A DNA stretch of 64,000 nucleotides, from positions 156,991 through 220,990 of the forward strand of contig SUVR01000001.1 of NCBI GenBank assembly GCA_015061915.1. The letters run 5' to 3'. The position numbers and the translations under genes were made by a program. The DNA comes from Lentisphaerota bacterium. GTDB lineage: Bacteria > Verrucomicrobiota > Lentisphaeria > Victivallales > UBA1829. Below the pieces are notes generated by a model, which was given only the letters and a program-made list of their open reading frames with translations, made no database searches and was not told the origin of the DNA. How positions within the stretch are numbered: position 1 is the first letter of the stretch; every line of letters starts with the position of its first letter. Positions 34,951-44,527 of the stretch are shown one piece after another.

Positions 34951-36168
34951 TTATGCTTTCGGAGCCAGCCCCACATCAGCGAGGGTGAGGGGGAATCCGT
35001 ATTTGTTTTTCAGTTCATTCTGGAGTAGTTTTACATCCAGCTCATAAGGTTCCACGCCGTTCTGAATGCAGAGAACTGCAGCGAGACCGGCAACCTGTCC
35101 GGTCAACGCAGCGGTGGGGATCACGCGGGTGATCTCCCAGGCGTCATCCTTCGCTCCGGTACAGCGCCCGGCAGCAAGCAGACCGCCCAGATGACAGGCG
35201 GGATAGAGAGAACGGTAGGGAATGACCCACACGGGACCGGGTCTGCGCCAGTCTCCGGCGATCCCGATGCTGTCTTCAAAATCCTTGTCGTGGTCATCGC
35301 TGCCGGGGATATATTCAGCGTCGATGCTGAAGATTTTGCGGAACTGGGTCATTGCGGGTACTTTCAGGGGATAGTATGAGTTCCGGTTGTAATTTTCCGG
35401 TTCGTTGGTGTACGCCCGCTGACACTGTTCCCGCAGGAGCTTGCGGCTCTTGAGCATAAAGTCAGTGACCTGTCTGCCGTCTTCGCCCCGGAAAACGGTT
35501 CCTTCCGGCGCCTTGGCGGGATTCCACGGAACACCGGCAACATAGATGCCCACGCCCGGACCGAAGTCGTCTTCCCGCTTGAGATTTTTGTCATACTGCA
35601 TTGCCCAGAGGGAGAGAAAGTTGTATTCGTCATGACACGGCACACCCGCCCGGCGCGCCACAGTGCAGTCCCCGCTGGCATCGATGAACTGTTTTGCCAG
35701 AATTTTGCCGCGTCCGGAGGTGTTTTCGCAATGGATCGCCGTGATCCGGTTGTTTTCCACTTCGGCATCACACACGAGGGTATCGTACCAGATGTCCACG
35801 CCGGCTTCTTCCAGCAGTTCATCCAATGCGAGGATAAAAGATGCGGGGGAGAACAGGGCACGGAACCGCCCGGATTCGGGTGCATTTTTTCCGTCTTTCC
35901 AGTTTTCCGGGATGTCGCCCGGTCCGTACTTGTAACTGGCGCGGAGCAGTTCCTCCGTGATCCCGAAAGAGACCTGATGTCCGTTGCCGTCGCAGAGGGG
36001 CAGGTAGACCCGTACCAGCCCGGTTGTTGCAAGACCGCCGGGAAGGACGGTTTTTTCGATAAGGACCGTTTTCATACCGCAGCGTGCCGCCTGAAGCGCC
36101 GCCGCCACACCGGCAATGCCGCCGCCGACCACGGCAACATCGTATGTTTTTTCGTATGCAATTTTCAT
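34951..36168 (-). CDS. FAD-dependent oxidoreductase, second copy of the family
   Basis: The start was moved to the ATG at 36168, which gives MKIAYEKTYDVAVVGGGIAGVAAALQAARCGMKTVLIEK. The upstream 93 codons of the listed ORF overlap the AraC gene region and are low in complexity. Confidence 0.8.
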   Translation of the reverse strand: MKIAYEKTYDVAVVGGGIAGVAAALQAARCGMKTVLIEKTVLPGGLATTGLVRVYLPLCDGNGHQVSFGITEELLRASYKYGPGDIPENWKDGKNAPESGRFRALFSPASFILALDELLEEAGVDIWYDTLVCDAEVENNRITAIHCENTSGRGKILAKQFIDASGDCTVARRAGVPCHDEYNFLSLWAMQYDKNLKREDDFGPGVGIYVAGVPWNPAKAPEGTVFRGEDGRQVTDFMLKSRKLLREQCQRAYTNEPENYNRNSYYPLKVPAMTQFRKIFSIDAEYIPGSDDHDKDFEDSIGIAGDWRRPGPVWVIPYRSLYPACHLGGLLAAGRCTGAKDDAWEITRVIPTAALTGQVAGLAAVLCIQNGVEPYELDVKLLQNELKNKYGFPLTLADVGLAPKA

Positions 36169-36208
36169 GAAATCACCTTGATTTTTCAGATTCAATATTG
36201 ATTCACCT

Positions 36209-36236
36209 AATATACAACACGCGGGTGCGTTTGCAA
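36209..36236 (-). promoter_or_regulatory. Candidate promoter of the FAD oxidoreductase/membrane protein/GT2 unit
   Basis: On the minus strand: TTGCAA (36231-36236), a 16-nt spacer, then TATATT (36209-36214). A 10-bp palindrome TCAATATTGA lies at 36192-36201, between the -10 box and the start. Confidence 0.4.
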
Positions 36237-36265
36237 AAGAAAATCCATTTTTTTTCCGTTTTTTC

Positions 36266-37123
36266 TCAGACGCCTCTGCCCCGGTTCCGGTAGTTCCGGG
36301 GAGAAAGTCCGCGCCGTTTCCGGAAGAGCCGGGCAAAGTAAAATTCGTCCCGGAAGCCCAGCATATATGCGATTTCCTTGCTGGTTTTTGTGGTATGGAG
36401 GAGCATTTCTCCGGCGGCTGCGATTTTTTCTTCCAGCAGGAAATCATAAGGTGTTGTACCGGCCGCCTGACGGAAGATCCGGATCGTCTGGACCGGTGAT
36501 CTGCCGATTACATCCGCAATATCCTGCAGGCTCGGCATAGGCTTTTCCAGATGCCGGAGCAGATAATGGCGGATCTGTTCCGCCGGACCGCTCAACGAAT
36601 TGACTTTTTCCATGCCGTTCAGTTCGCCCAGCGAGCGCACGATCTTGAAGATCAGCTCCGAAACAAACCGTTCCAGCTCCGGTTCGGGAATCTGTTTCAA
36701 CGCCGCCACGCCCTCCCGGATCAGAGCCGATGCCTCCTCCGCATTCCGGAAGTGATATGTCCCGTGAATTTGATAGACTTTCAGAAGATTTTCCACCAGC
36801 GGACCGGATACGTTCAGCCAGGTCTTGCACCAGGGATCGTCACCGCTGCTGTAATATTGATGCGCTTTCCAACCCGGTGCGATATAGACATCACCCGCAC
36901 CCGGATGGCACCGCACACCCTCCACCTCCAGCGTGCCGTGACCGGACTCCACCGCCTCAAAAACGGTCACGATCGGCGGCGTCCGTTCGATCCGGTATGA
37001 GCCATCGCAGAATGATGTTCCCGCCAGATGCAGTTTCACAGGTCCCTGCATGGAACCGGGGCGGAAGTAGAGAATGTTCTCGTGCATGATACTATAATCC
37101 TTGTTTTTTATAATATTTTCCAT
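36266..37123 (-). CDS. AraC-family transcriptional regulator (cupin plus HTH)
   Basis: The C-terminus has the AraC HTH signature (IAYMLGFRDEFYFARLFRKRRGLSPRNYR). The N-terminus is a cupin-like sensor domain. Confidence 0.9.
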   Translation of the reverse strand: MENIIKNKDYSIMHENILYFRPGSMQGPVKLHLAGTSFCDGSYRIERTPPIVTVFEAVESGHGTLEVEGVRCHPGAGDVYIAPGWKAHQYYSSGDDPWCKTWLNVSGPLVENLLKVYQIHGTYHFRNAEEASALIREGVAALKQIPEPELERFVSELIFKIVRSLGELNGMEKVNSLSGPAEQIRHYLLRHLEKPMPSLQDIADVIGRSPVQTIRIFRQAAGTTPYDFLLEEKIAAAGEMLLHTTKTSKEIAYMLGFRDEFYFARLFRKRRGLSPRNYRNRGRGV

Positions 37124-37159
37124 TTGATATCATGGTATTTGATAATATATTACATCAAA
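37122..37159. promoter_or_regulatory. Repeated ATTTGATA motif in the araC/GH2 divergent region (candidate operator)
   Basis: ATTTGATA occurs at 37122-37129 and 37137-37144, 15 bp apart. An inverted half-site ATCAAA lies at 37154-37159. The intergenic region is only 60 bp long. Confidence 0.35.
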
Positions 37160-37183
37160 CCTTAAAATCAAGGAGAAAAAACA

Positions 37184-39046
37184 ATGAGTGCAAAAATCCC
37201 GAGAAGTGAGTACCCGCGCCCGCAGTTTGTCCGTGAAAACTGGATCAATCTGAACGGCACCTGGACCTATGAATTCGACTTCGGAAAGAGCGGCAGAGAC
37301 CGCGAGATCTGGAAGGGCAACACCGGATTCAAGAACAAGATCACCGTTCCTTTCTGCCCGGAAAGTGATATCTCCGGTGTCGGTCACAAGGACTTCATTG
37401 AATCCATGTTCTACCACAAGAAACTGGCGATCCCCGCCGATTGGAAGGGCAAACGGATCCTGCTCCATTTCGGTGCAGTTGATTACGCTTGCGAAGCATT
37501 CATCGACGGCAAGGAAACGGGACTTGTTCACTACGGCGGCACCAGCTCCTTTACTTTTGATATTACCGAATTTGTGAAAGCCGGCGGCAAACATGATCTG
37601 GTGCTTGCCATCGAAGACGATCAGCGCAGCGCCGTGCAGCCCCACGGCAAACAGTGCTATGCCTACCAGAGCATGGGCTGCTTCTACACCAGAACCACCG
37701 GGATCTGGCAGACCGTCTGGATGGAACCCGTGGCGATGGACGGGCTGAAAAACTGCAAGATCGTGCCGGATCTGGATGCCAAAGCCTTCCACTTCACACC
37801 GGAATTTTTCATGGAAAGCCAGAACCGTACGCTGCGTGTGACCATCAAGGCGAACGGGAAGAAAGTCGCGGAAAAATCCGTGCCTGCAAACAGCTCCATG
37901 CCCTTCACTGTGGAACTGGGCAAGACCGTTCGCGCCTGGTGCCCGGAAGATCCGTTCCTCTATGATATTGCATACGAACTGATCGACGCCAACGGCGTGG
38001 TGGTGGATAGTGTCAGCGCCTACGCCGGTCTGCGCAAGATCCACACCGAAAACGGCAAAGTCTACCTGAACAACAAGCCCATCTTCCTGCGCCTTGTGCT
38101 GGATCAGGGCTTCTATCCGGACGGCATCTGGACTGCCCCCTCTGATGAAGCGCTCAAGAAGGATATCGAACTTTCCATGGCTGCCGGGTTCAACGGCGCT
38201 CGCCTCCACCAGAAAGTCTTTGAAGAACGCTTCCACTACTGGGCGGACAAACTGGGCTATCTCACCTGGGGTGAAAGCTCCAGCTGGGGTCTTTACTGCT
38301 TCAGCCGCAACGCCTCCATGCGCGGCGGCGACAAAACCTTCTGGCAGGGTGCGTGGAACTTCATGGCGGAATGGCGTGAAATCGTGGAACGGGACCTCAA
38401 CCACCCCTCCATCATCGCCTGGACGCCCGCTAACGAAACCTGGAGTTTCTGTGACATCCGTGCTTACCGCAGACTGATGACCGCTATCTATGACCTGACC
38501 AAGAGCATCGACCCGACCCGTCCCTGCAACGAAACCAGCGGTTATCATCACGTGAAAACCGACCTCTGGACCGTACACCTGTACCGTCCGGACGCCGCAA
38601 GCCTTGCGAAGGATATGTACCCCGAAGACAAGCCCGTCTTTATGATGGAACACGAAACCGGCTACAACGGACAGCCCTACATCAACGACGAGTTCGGCGG
38701 GTTCATGTACATTCCGTCCGAACGGCAGAAGTTCGCCGCCAATACCTGGGGTTATCACGGTCTGGACCTCAAGAATGAGGACGAACTCTGTGCCAAGATC
38801 GCGGAACAGGTCGCCATTATGATCAATGACGATCGCTGCGCGGGCTATTGCTACACCCAGCTCACCGACGTGGAACAGGAACAGAACGGCGTGTATAACT
38901 ACGACCGCACCCTGAAAGTCAGTGAAGGGAAACTGGCGCTTGCATTCAAGGAAGGCAAAGTGAAAAAGCCCGCTGCGAAGAAAGCGCCTGCAAAGAAAGC
39001 AGTTGCAAAGAAAGCGGCTCCCAAGGCAAAAGCAAAAAAGAAATAA
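37184..39046 (+). CDS. Glycoside hydrolase family 2 enzyme with a C-terminal Lys/Ala-rich tail
   Basis: An AAGGAG Shine-Dalgarno precedes the start. GH2-like segments are RPQFVRENWINLNGTWTYEF, NNKPIFLRLVLDQG and NHPSIIAWTPANE. There is no signal peptide. The last 32 or so residues are KKPAAKKAPAKKAVAKKAAPKAKAKKK. Confidence 0.8.
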   Translation: MSAKIPRSEYPRPQFVRENWINLNGTWTYEFDFGKSGRDREIWKGNTGFKNKITVPFCPESDISGVGHKDFIESMFYHKKLAIPADWKGKRILLHFGAVDYACEAFIDGKETGLVHYGGTSSFTFDITEFVKAGGKHDLVLAIEDDQRSAVQPHGKQCYAYQSMGCFYTRTTGIWQTVWMEPVAMDGLKNCKIVPDLDAKAFHFTPEFFMESQNRTLRVTIKANGKKVAEKSVPANSSMPFTVELGKTVRAWCPEDPFLYDIAYELIDANGVVVDSVSAYAGLRKIHTENGKVYLNNKPIFLRLVLDQGFYPDGIWTAPSDEALKKDIELSMAAGFNGARLHQKVFEERFHYWADKLGYLTWGESSSWGLYCFSRNASMRGGDKTFWQGAWNFMAEWREIVERDLNHPSIIAWTPANETWSFCDIRAYRRLMTAIYDLTKSIDPTRPCNETSGYHHVKTDLWTVHLYRPDAASLAKDMYPEDKPVFMMEHETGYNGQPYINDEFGGFMYIPSERQKFAANTWGYHGLDLKNEDELCAKIAEQVAIMINDDRCAGYCYTQLTDVEQEQNGVYNYDRTLKVSEGKLALAFKEGKVKKPAAKKAPAKKAVAKKAAPKAKAKKK

Positions 39047-39070
39047 GCTGACGCCTTAAAACGCTTGCAA

Positions 39071-39104
39071 ACGGTCCCGGTCAATCGGCTGGGACCGTTT
39101 TTTT
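39071..39104. terminator. Bidirectional terminator between GH2 and sbcC
   Basis: ACGGTCCC (39071-39078) pairs with GGGACCGT (39091-39098), followed by a T-run. The element reaches the sbcC stop codon. Confidence 0.75.
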
Positions 39105-42100
39105 ATTTTTCCGTCACGCCGGGGCCGGAGAGGGTGCTTTTTCCACCGCCGTTTTTCGTGACGGAGATAATGCACGGGATCTCGTCCGCCAGATTGGAAA
39201 CGTGGCTGATCACGCCCACCAGCTTGCCGCCGCTGTGAAGTTTGGAAAGGGCGTGCATCACGATCTGCAGCGATTCACTGTCCAGCGTGCCGAAACCCTC
39301 ATCCAGGAAGAAAGAATCGATCCGGATCTTTTCGCCCGCCATGCGGCTGAGCCCCAATGCAAGAGCAAGGGAAACGACGAACCGTTCGCCGCCGGAGAGA
39401 TTGGCGCAGGTGCGGATCTCATCGCCCTGTTCGTGGTCGATCACATCAATTCCAAGCTGTTCTTTTTCGGACCGGATGAGTTCATAACGATTGTAAAGGC
39501 TGCGCAGTTCGCTGTTGGCAAGGGTCAACAGGTTATCCAGTGTGATTCCCTGTGCCACCCGCTGGAACTGATTGCCTTTCCCGATCAGATTATGGAGTCT
39601 GCCCCACAGCGCCGCTTTTTTCTTCTGCATCTCCAGTTCCGCTTCTTTTTCGGCGAGACGCTTCCGGTTTTCGCTGTTCAGATCCAGTTCCTGCCGGAGC
39701 GCACCGATCGTGCCGGACAGCCGGTTCTGTTCTTCATTTTTCTGCCGGAGTGCTTCTCCGAGCGTAGCGGTATCCTGTTCGGTATTCCGTTGAGCGGCAA
39801 AGTTTTTCTGTTCTTCAGTCAGTTTTTTCAGTTCTGCATCCAGATTATTTTTTCGTGCGGCGAGATCGGCTTCTTTTGCGGAAAGTCGCGCCAATTCGGC
39901 AGGAGCCAGCAGCGATTTAGCCAGATCTTCCGGTGCAATTCCGATCTGTTTGCAGGTTTCGTTCAGCAGATCTTTTGTTTCATTGATCGCCAGAGACCGC
40001 TTTCCGGCTTCCCCCTGCAGTTCTTTCTGCCGGGATTGGGCATTGTTCCATTCTCCGGCGGTCCGGACGGCATCTTTTTCTGTCCGGACACGCAAATCTT
40101 CAGCTGTTTTCAGCGCTTTTTCCGCCAGAGCCTGTTCCAAATCCGGGTCCCGGTCGCCCAGCAGGGCGGAACGTTCCTGAGAGAGGCTTTCCAGATCCTT
40201 CCGCAGAGACAACTGTTCTGTTTCCGCCTCGGAAAGACGTTGTTCCGCGCCCTGTTTTTCCTGTTCTGCGGAAGTCCTTTTTGCCTGTATTTCTGCCTGT
40301 TTTCCGCTGAACTCCTGCAGACTCTTTTCTGCTTCCCGGTAGCGGTTGATCCGTTCCTGGATGGCATCGGGGAGAGAATCAGCTTTTTCCGGCAGATCGA
40401 ATCCGGCTGTTTTGAGAATATTTTTCAGCTCGTTCCATTGAGCTTTCCCCGCGCGTACTTCATCCTCAAAAAGAAGCGTTTTTTCGTCCCGTCCGGCAAT
40501 GGCATGGGTCAATGTATTCTGTGCGATCTCTCTTGCGGCGGCAGCTTTTTCCCGTTCGGCATCGGCAGAGAACCGGGCGCTTTCCGCTTGATGCAGCTGT
40601 TGTTCCAATGAGTTGAGCAGTTCCAGTTTTGCACTGACTTCTGCCAGATCTTTTTCGTTTTGATCCATCGTCGGGATCACATCGGGATCGTCGGCGAACG
40701 GGTGTTCTTTTGCACCGCAAAGGGGACAGCGTTCCCCTTTCTGCAGCCGGTTCCGTTCCGCGGCCAGATCCGTGATCGCCTTGATGGTGCGGATGTTCCG
40801 CATAAGAATATGCTGTTTTTCAGTCAGGGCTTGGCGGGATTCCTGTTGTGCGATTGATTTTTGAAGTTCTGCAACAAGTTCTGCCGGAGCTTTGCATTTT
40901 TCTTCTGCGTTTTTCAGCGCAGCTTCTGCAGCCGTCAGCGATTTTTCTGCCGCAGTGACTTCCTTTTCCGCCTGTTCCCGTTCCCGGTTCAATGATATGG
41001 CAACCGCTCTGCGATCCATGAGATGCCGCAGAATGCTTGCCCATTCCGCCGCCATTTCCGGCAGAACGGAATCTGCAGCGTGGTCATGATAATATTGTTC
41101 GCTTGCCCGATGCTGTGCTTCCAGTTTTTTCTGTGCTTCTTCTGCTGCCGAGATCCGGTTTTCTGCTGTCGAACGGAGCGCCTGTTCTTTATCGATATTT
41201 TTTTGCAGCCGCTCCAGTTGTTTTTTGATTTCCCCGATCGCCGCATCCCGGAGCCGTACGGTATTGATCTTTTTCAGCAGATCCGAATGTTGCAGTTGTT
41301 GTTGTTTCAACTGTTCGAGGGTATCAGTTGCAGTTTTTTCTGCCTGTTCCGCCTGCTGTTTCAAGGTGGGGAAGGTTTGTTCCAGCTGCTCCAGTTCGGT
41401 AAACGTTTCCGCATTGGCTTTCTGCAGATCGTTCAGCGCAACATAAAGGTCCCGTGCGGGTTCTGTTTTTTTTCCTTGCGTCAGACGGAGTGAATCGGGT
41501 TGAAAAGCCTCTGTCTCCTGTTGGAGTGCAAGCTGTTCTGCAGAATTTTTTTTGAGATCGGCAGCAATTCTTTCCAGAGTTTCTGCAATTTTGAGTTGTC
41601 CGGAAAGAAGGAGCGATTCTTTCTGCCGTTCAGCCCTGGTCTGTTCCAGTTCTGCAAGCTGTTCCCGTTTGAAGTCTTCCTCTTCGGGAGAGAGCAGAAC
41701 GATTCCCCCGCAGGCAGCATTGAGTTGAGCCAGTTCAGCGTTGGCAGAATCGTAAAACAGCTTGACGGTTGCGGAGATCCGGGAATAGATCTCTGTGCCG
41801 GTGATCTGCTCCAGAATGGCTGCTTTTCCGTCACCGGCATTGAGAAAGGCATCGAATTTTCCCTGCGCGAGCAGTACCGTCCGGGTGAAACGTTCCCGGT
41901 CCAGCCCGGTGATCTCCTCCACGAGTTTCCGGACAGCACTGGTTTTATCGGCGATTTCCGTTCCGTTTTTTACGAGGCGGTGTGCATACAGATCGTTTAT
42001 CTGTCCGGCGCGTTTTCCTTTTTTGATCGGACTGTAGGAGAAGGTTGCCATATAGTTTTCTCCGCCCGATTCAAAGGTAAGTTCCGCCAGACATTCATTG

Positions 42101-42318
42101 GTGCCGCGGCTGATAACTTCCTTGTTGTCACCGTGTCCGATCCGGGGCGTTTCGGCAAACAGTGCCAGACAGATCGCATCCAGGATCGTAGATTTTCCGC
42201 TTCCGGTACTTCCGGTGATCGCAAAGAGCCCGGCAGCATAGTCCGGAGCGGAGAAGTCGATCTCCCACGTGCCGTAAAGACTGTTGATATTTTTGATAAG
42301 CAATTTCCGGATCTTCAT
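39103..42318 (-). CDS. sbcC: Exonuclease SbcC (SMC-like ATPase)
   Basis: The Walker A is GSTGSGKST. Long coiled coils carry a CPLCG zinc hook. The C-terminus has LSGGE and FLDEGFGTLD. Confidence 0.92.
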   Translation of the reverse strand: MKIRKLLIKNINSLYGTWEIDFSAPDYAAGLFAITGSTGSGKSTILDAICLALFAETPRIGHGDNKEVISRGTNECLAELTFESGGENYMATFSYSPIKKGKRAGQINDLYAHRLVKNGTEIADKTSAVRKLVEEITGLDRERFTRTVLLAQGKFDAFLNAGDGKAAILEQITGTEIYSRISATVKLFYDSANAELAQLNAACGGIVLLSPEEEDFKREQLAELEQTRAERQKESLLLSGQLKIAETLERIAADLKKNSAEQLALQQETEAFQPDSLRLTQGKKTEPARDLYVALNDLQKANAETFTELEQLEQTFPTLKQQAEQAEKTATDTLEQLKQQQLQHSDLLKKINTVRLRDAAIGEIKKQLERLQKNIDKEQALRSTAENRISAAEEAQKKLEAQHRASEQYYHDHAADSVLPEMAAEWASILRHLMDRRAVAISLNREREQAEKEVTAAEKSLTAAEAALKNAEEKCKAPAELVAELQKSIAQQESRQALTEKQHILMRNIRTIKAITDLAAERNRLQKGERCPLCGAKEHPFADDPDVIPTMDQNEKDLAEVSAKLELLNSLEQQLHQAESARFSADAEREKAAAAREIAQNTLTHAIAGRDEKTLLFEDEVRAGKAQWNELKNILKTAGFDLPEKADSLPDAIQERINRYREAEKSLQEFSGKQAEIQAKRTSAEQEKQGAEQRLSEAETEQLSLRKDLESLSQERSALLGDRDPDLEQALAEKALKTAEDLRVRTEKDAVRTAGEWNNAQSRQKELQGEAGKRSLAINETKDLLNETCKQIGIAPEDLAKSLLAPAELARLSAKEADLAARKNNLDAELKKLTEEQKNFAAQRNTEQDTATLGEALRQKNEEQNRLSGTIGALRQELDLNSENRKRLAEKEAELEMQKKKAALWGRLHNLIGKGNQFQRVAQGITLDNLLTLANSELRSLYNRYELIRSEKEQLGIDVIDHEQGDEIRTCANLSGGERFVVSLALALGLSRMAGEKIRIDSFFLDEGFGTLDSESLQIVMHALSKLHSGGKLVGVISHVSNLADEIPCIISVTKNGGGKSTLSGPGVTEK

Positions 42319-43499
42319 TCAGCTTTTTCCTCCCGTTCCGTGATCCGGAGCGTTTCTTCTGCCAGACGGAAGGCATCCAGCAGTTCTTTCTGTTCTTCTT
42401 CCGGGATCTGCTGCTGAGCCAGCAGGCGCGTGAACACGGTCTCCGGTGTCAGTTCGGAAAGTTTTTCAGTGGCGACAGTCCGGCGCAGGATTGCAGGGTT
42501 TGGTTCCCGGTTTCCGCAGGAGATCAGTTCCAGTTTCGTATCTTTGATCAAATCCAGCAGATCGGTACGCAGATTAGGCTGAAATGCACCGGTATTTTCG
42601 ACCCGGAGCCAGATCCCTGTACCGGTCCCGGCAAGGGCGGTGATCTGTTCTGCGATCTCCTCCATATTTCCGCAAAGCGTTTTCATTGATTGAAAAACGG
42701 GCAGCGTCACGATCTCCGGCGGTGCGGAAAGATCGTTTGTTTCGACGATCAGCACACATTTTTCCTTTTCTGCTTCGTCAAATTTCATCGGCAGGGGAGA
42801 GCCGGAATAATAGCAGGAAGGGATCACCGGATAGCCGCCATGGATATGCCCCAGCGCCAGATAACCGATCTCCGGAGGAAATTTGTTCAGCGGGATCGGG
42901 TGTGTATTGCCCACCGGTTCCCCTTCGCCTTCCTTTTCCACTGCCCAGAAATGACCGGTAGCGATCAGGGGCAGCGCAGGATATTTTTCCTTTGCCAGCG
43001 CAGTGAGGGTCCGGTATGTTTCGATCGTACCCTGTTGAAGAGCGCTGCATTGAGCATTGTACGTTTCTCCGGAAAGAGAGGTGCGCACATCCCGTTCATG
43101 AAGGAAGGGCAGAGCAATGACAACCGCCTTGCCGTCAAGCTCGATCAGATGGGAGGCGGGATCTTCTTTGTTGTAGCTGCCGAAAACGTGAACATTCAGG
43201 CGCTTGAGCAGTTCTTTCGGAGCCTCCATAAAGGAAGGGGAATCGTGATTGCCTGCAACGATGATGCAATCCCGGACTCCGGCGGCAGCACAGCCGGTGA
43301 GAAAACGGTAATAAAGTTCGATCGCCCGGTTGGGTGGTACCGGCACATCAAAAATATCGCCTGCCACGATCACGCAGGGGATCTGTTTCTTCCGGATCAG
43401 ATCCAGAAGAAAATCCAGCATGGCATTGAATTCGTGGTAACGCTTTACGTTGTTCAACGATGCGCCCAGATGCCAGTCTGCAGTGTGCAGGATCTTCAT
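42315..43499 (-). CDS. sbcD: Exonuclease SbcD (Mre11-like nuclease)
   Basis: The motifs MKILHTADWHLG, VIVAGDIFD and GNHD are present. It forms ATGA overlaps with both neighbours. Confidence 0.92.
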   Translation of the reverse strand: MKILHTADWHLGASLNNVKRYHEFNAMLDFLLDLIRKKQIPCVIVAGDIFDVPVPPNRAIELYYRFLTGCAAAGVRDCIIVAGNHDSPSFMEAPKELLKRLNVHVFGSYNKEDPASHLIELDGKAVVIALPFLHERDVRTSLSGETYNAQCSALQQGTIETYRTLTALAKEKYPALPLIATGHFWAVEKEGEGEPVGNTHPIPLNKFPPEIGYLALGHIHGGYPVIPSCYYSGSPLPMKFDEAEKEKCVLIVETNDLSAPPEIVTLPVFQSMKTLCGNMEEIAEQITALAGTGTGIWLRVENTGAFQPNLRTDLLDLIKDTKLELISCGNREPNPAILRRTVATEKLSELTPETVFTRLLAQQQIPEEEQKELLDAFRLAEETLRITEREEKAE

Positions 43500-44527
43500 C
43501 GGGAGACCTTTGTTTTACGGAGTGCCGTGGTGTAGCCGATCATACCGTCAATAACGGCTTTGACGATCTTATCCTGTGTCGCTGCCGCAGCAAGGCTTTT
43601 TCCCTCTTTGTTATTGGAAAGAAAACCCACTTCCATCAGGAGGGAAGGGCAGCTGGAATGACGGAGGACAAAGAACCGGGAGGGCTTTACGCCCCGGTCG
43701 CTGGCGGCAGGAAACTGTTTCATCATCCCCTTCTGGACTTCATAGGCGATCCGCACGTTGTAGGGATCGAAGTTGTTTCCTTTATCTTTGTCATATTTGA
43801 CTTTACTGCCGTGTGCGGAAGCGCCGCCCCTGGCTCCGATATACCAGGTTTCGATTCCTGTAACACTTTTGTTTTCAACGGAGTTGCAATGAATGGAAAT
43901 GAAAAGGTCCGGCTGATGTTTTGCGCAGAGCGCAGTCCGATCTTCCAGCGGGAGATCTTTATCCCATGACCGGGTCATAATCACTTGAAAACCATAACTT
44001 TTCAGGGCTTTTTCCAATTTTTTTGCAATCTGAAGCGTGATCACTTTTTCATGCTGAACGGGTCCGGCGGCGCCCCGGTCCTTTCCGCCGTGTCCGGGGT
44101 CGATCATAATTTTCAGGACTCTGCGATAGGGCAGTTTGGGTGCCAGAATCGGATAGAGCAACTTTATATGATCCAGCTCTGAAATATAATGATTTCCATT
44201 TTTGAACAGAGGCGGATAATAAAACGTGACCGCAATATTATTGATCGTTCCGCTCCGTTTTCCGTTTTGAAACACGATCCGTCCGGTCTGGGAGAAGAGC
44301 AGGGGACCTTCCTTGAGGATGCGCAGTTTCAGCCCGTAATGTTTTGCCACATCCTGCAGATTCACATAGCGGACTTTTTCGTGGGTGATGATGCGGATGG
44401 GCGTATAAGCCGGATCGGTAATGTTCTGTGCGGCGGCAGGTGCCGGGCAACAGCACAGCAGGAGGAACGCGGTCAGCAGCGTGAAAAAGCTCAAGAGAAT
44501 GGAAAATTTTTTGCAATCTGTTTTCAT
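43496..44527 (-). CDS. N-acetylmuramoyl-L-alanine amidase (Amidase_3 type)
   Basis: A signal peptide is present. The catalytic domain has IMIDPGHGGKDRGA, SIHCNS and a C-terminal ...FLSN... segment. Confidence 0.88.
   Translation of the reverse strand: MKTDCKKFSILLSFFTLLTAFLLLCCCPAPAAAQNITDPAYTPIRIITHEKVRYVNLQDVAKHYGLKLRILKEGPLLFSQTGRIVFQNGKRSGTINNIAVTFYYPPLFKNGNHYISELDHIKLLYPILAPKLPYRRVLKIMIDPGHGGKDRGAAGPVQHEKVITLQIAKKLEKALKSYGFQVIMTRSWDKDLPLEDRTALCAKHQPDLFISIHCNSVENKSVTGIETWYIGARGGASAHGSKVKYDKDKGNNFDPYNVRIAYEVQKGMMKQFPAASDRGVKPSRFFVLRHSSCPSLLMEVGFLSNNKEGKSLAAAATQDKIVKAVIDGMIGYTTALRKTKVSR

Noticed and set aside
36169-36447. A 93-codon upstream extension of the second FAD oxidoreductase gene
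   Set aside because: It overlaps the 3' end of the AraC gene and is low in complexity. The ATG at 36168 places the GxGxxG motif at the usual distance from the N-terminus.
37130-38758. A 542-aa minus-strand ORF, together with similar ORFs at 51999..53564, 24602..26185, 18055..19596, 39202..40611, 46969..48228, 29055..30305 and 57632..58726
   Set aside because: All are codon-aligned antisense shadows of genes with clear family signatures: GH2, PurN-like/YdbH-like, FAD oxidoreductase, DUF4838-like, SbcC, GldG-like, ArgS and MraY.
39103-43499. SbcC/SbcD pair as a candidate phage-defence module
   Set aside because: The sizes, motifs (Mre11-like phosphoesterase, Rad50-like ATPase with a CxxC zinc hook) and gene order match housekeeping SbcCD. 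No extra defence-type genes are present, such as a nuclease/helicase, a TIR or Sir2 domain protein, or a methylase.
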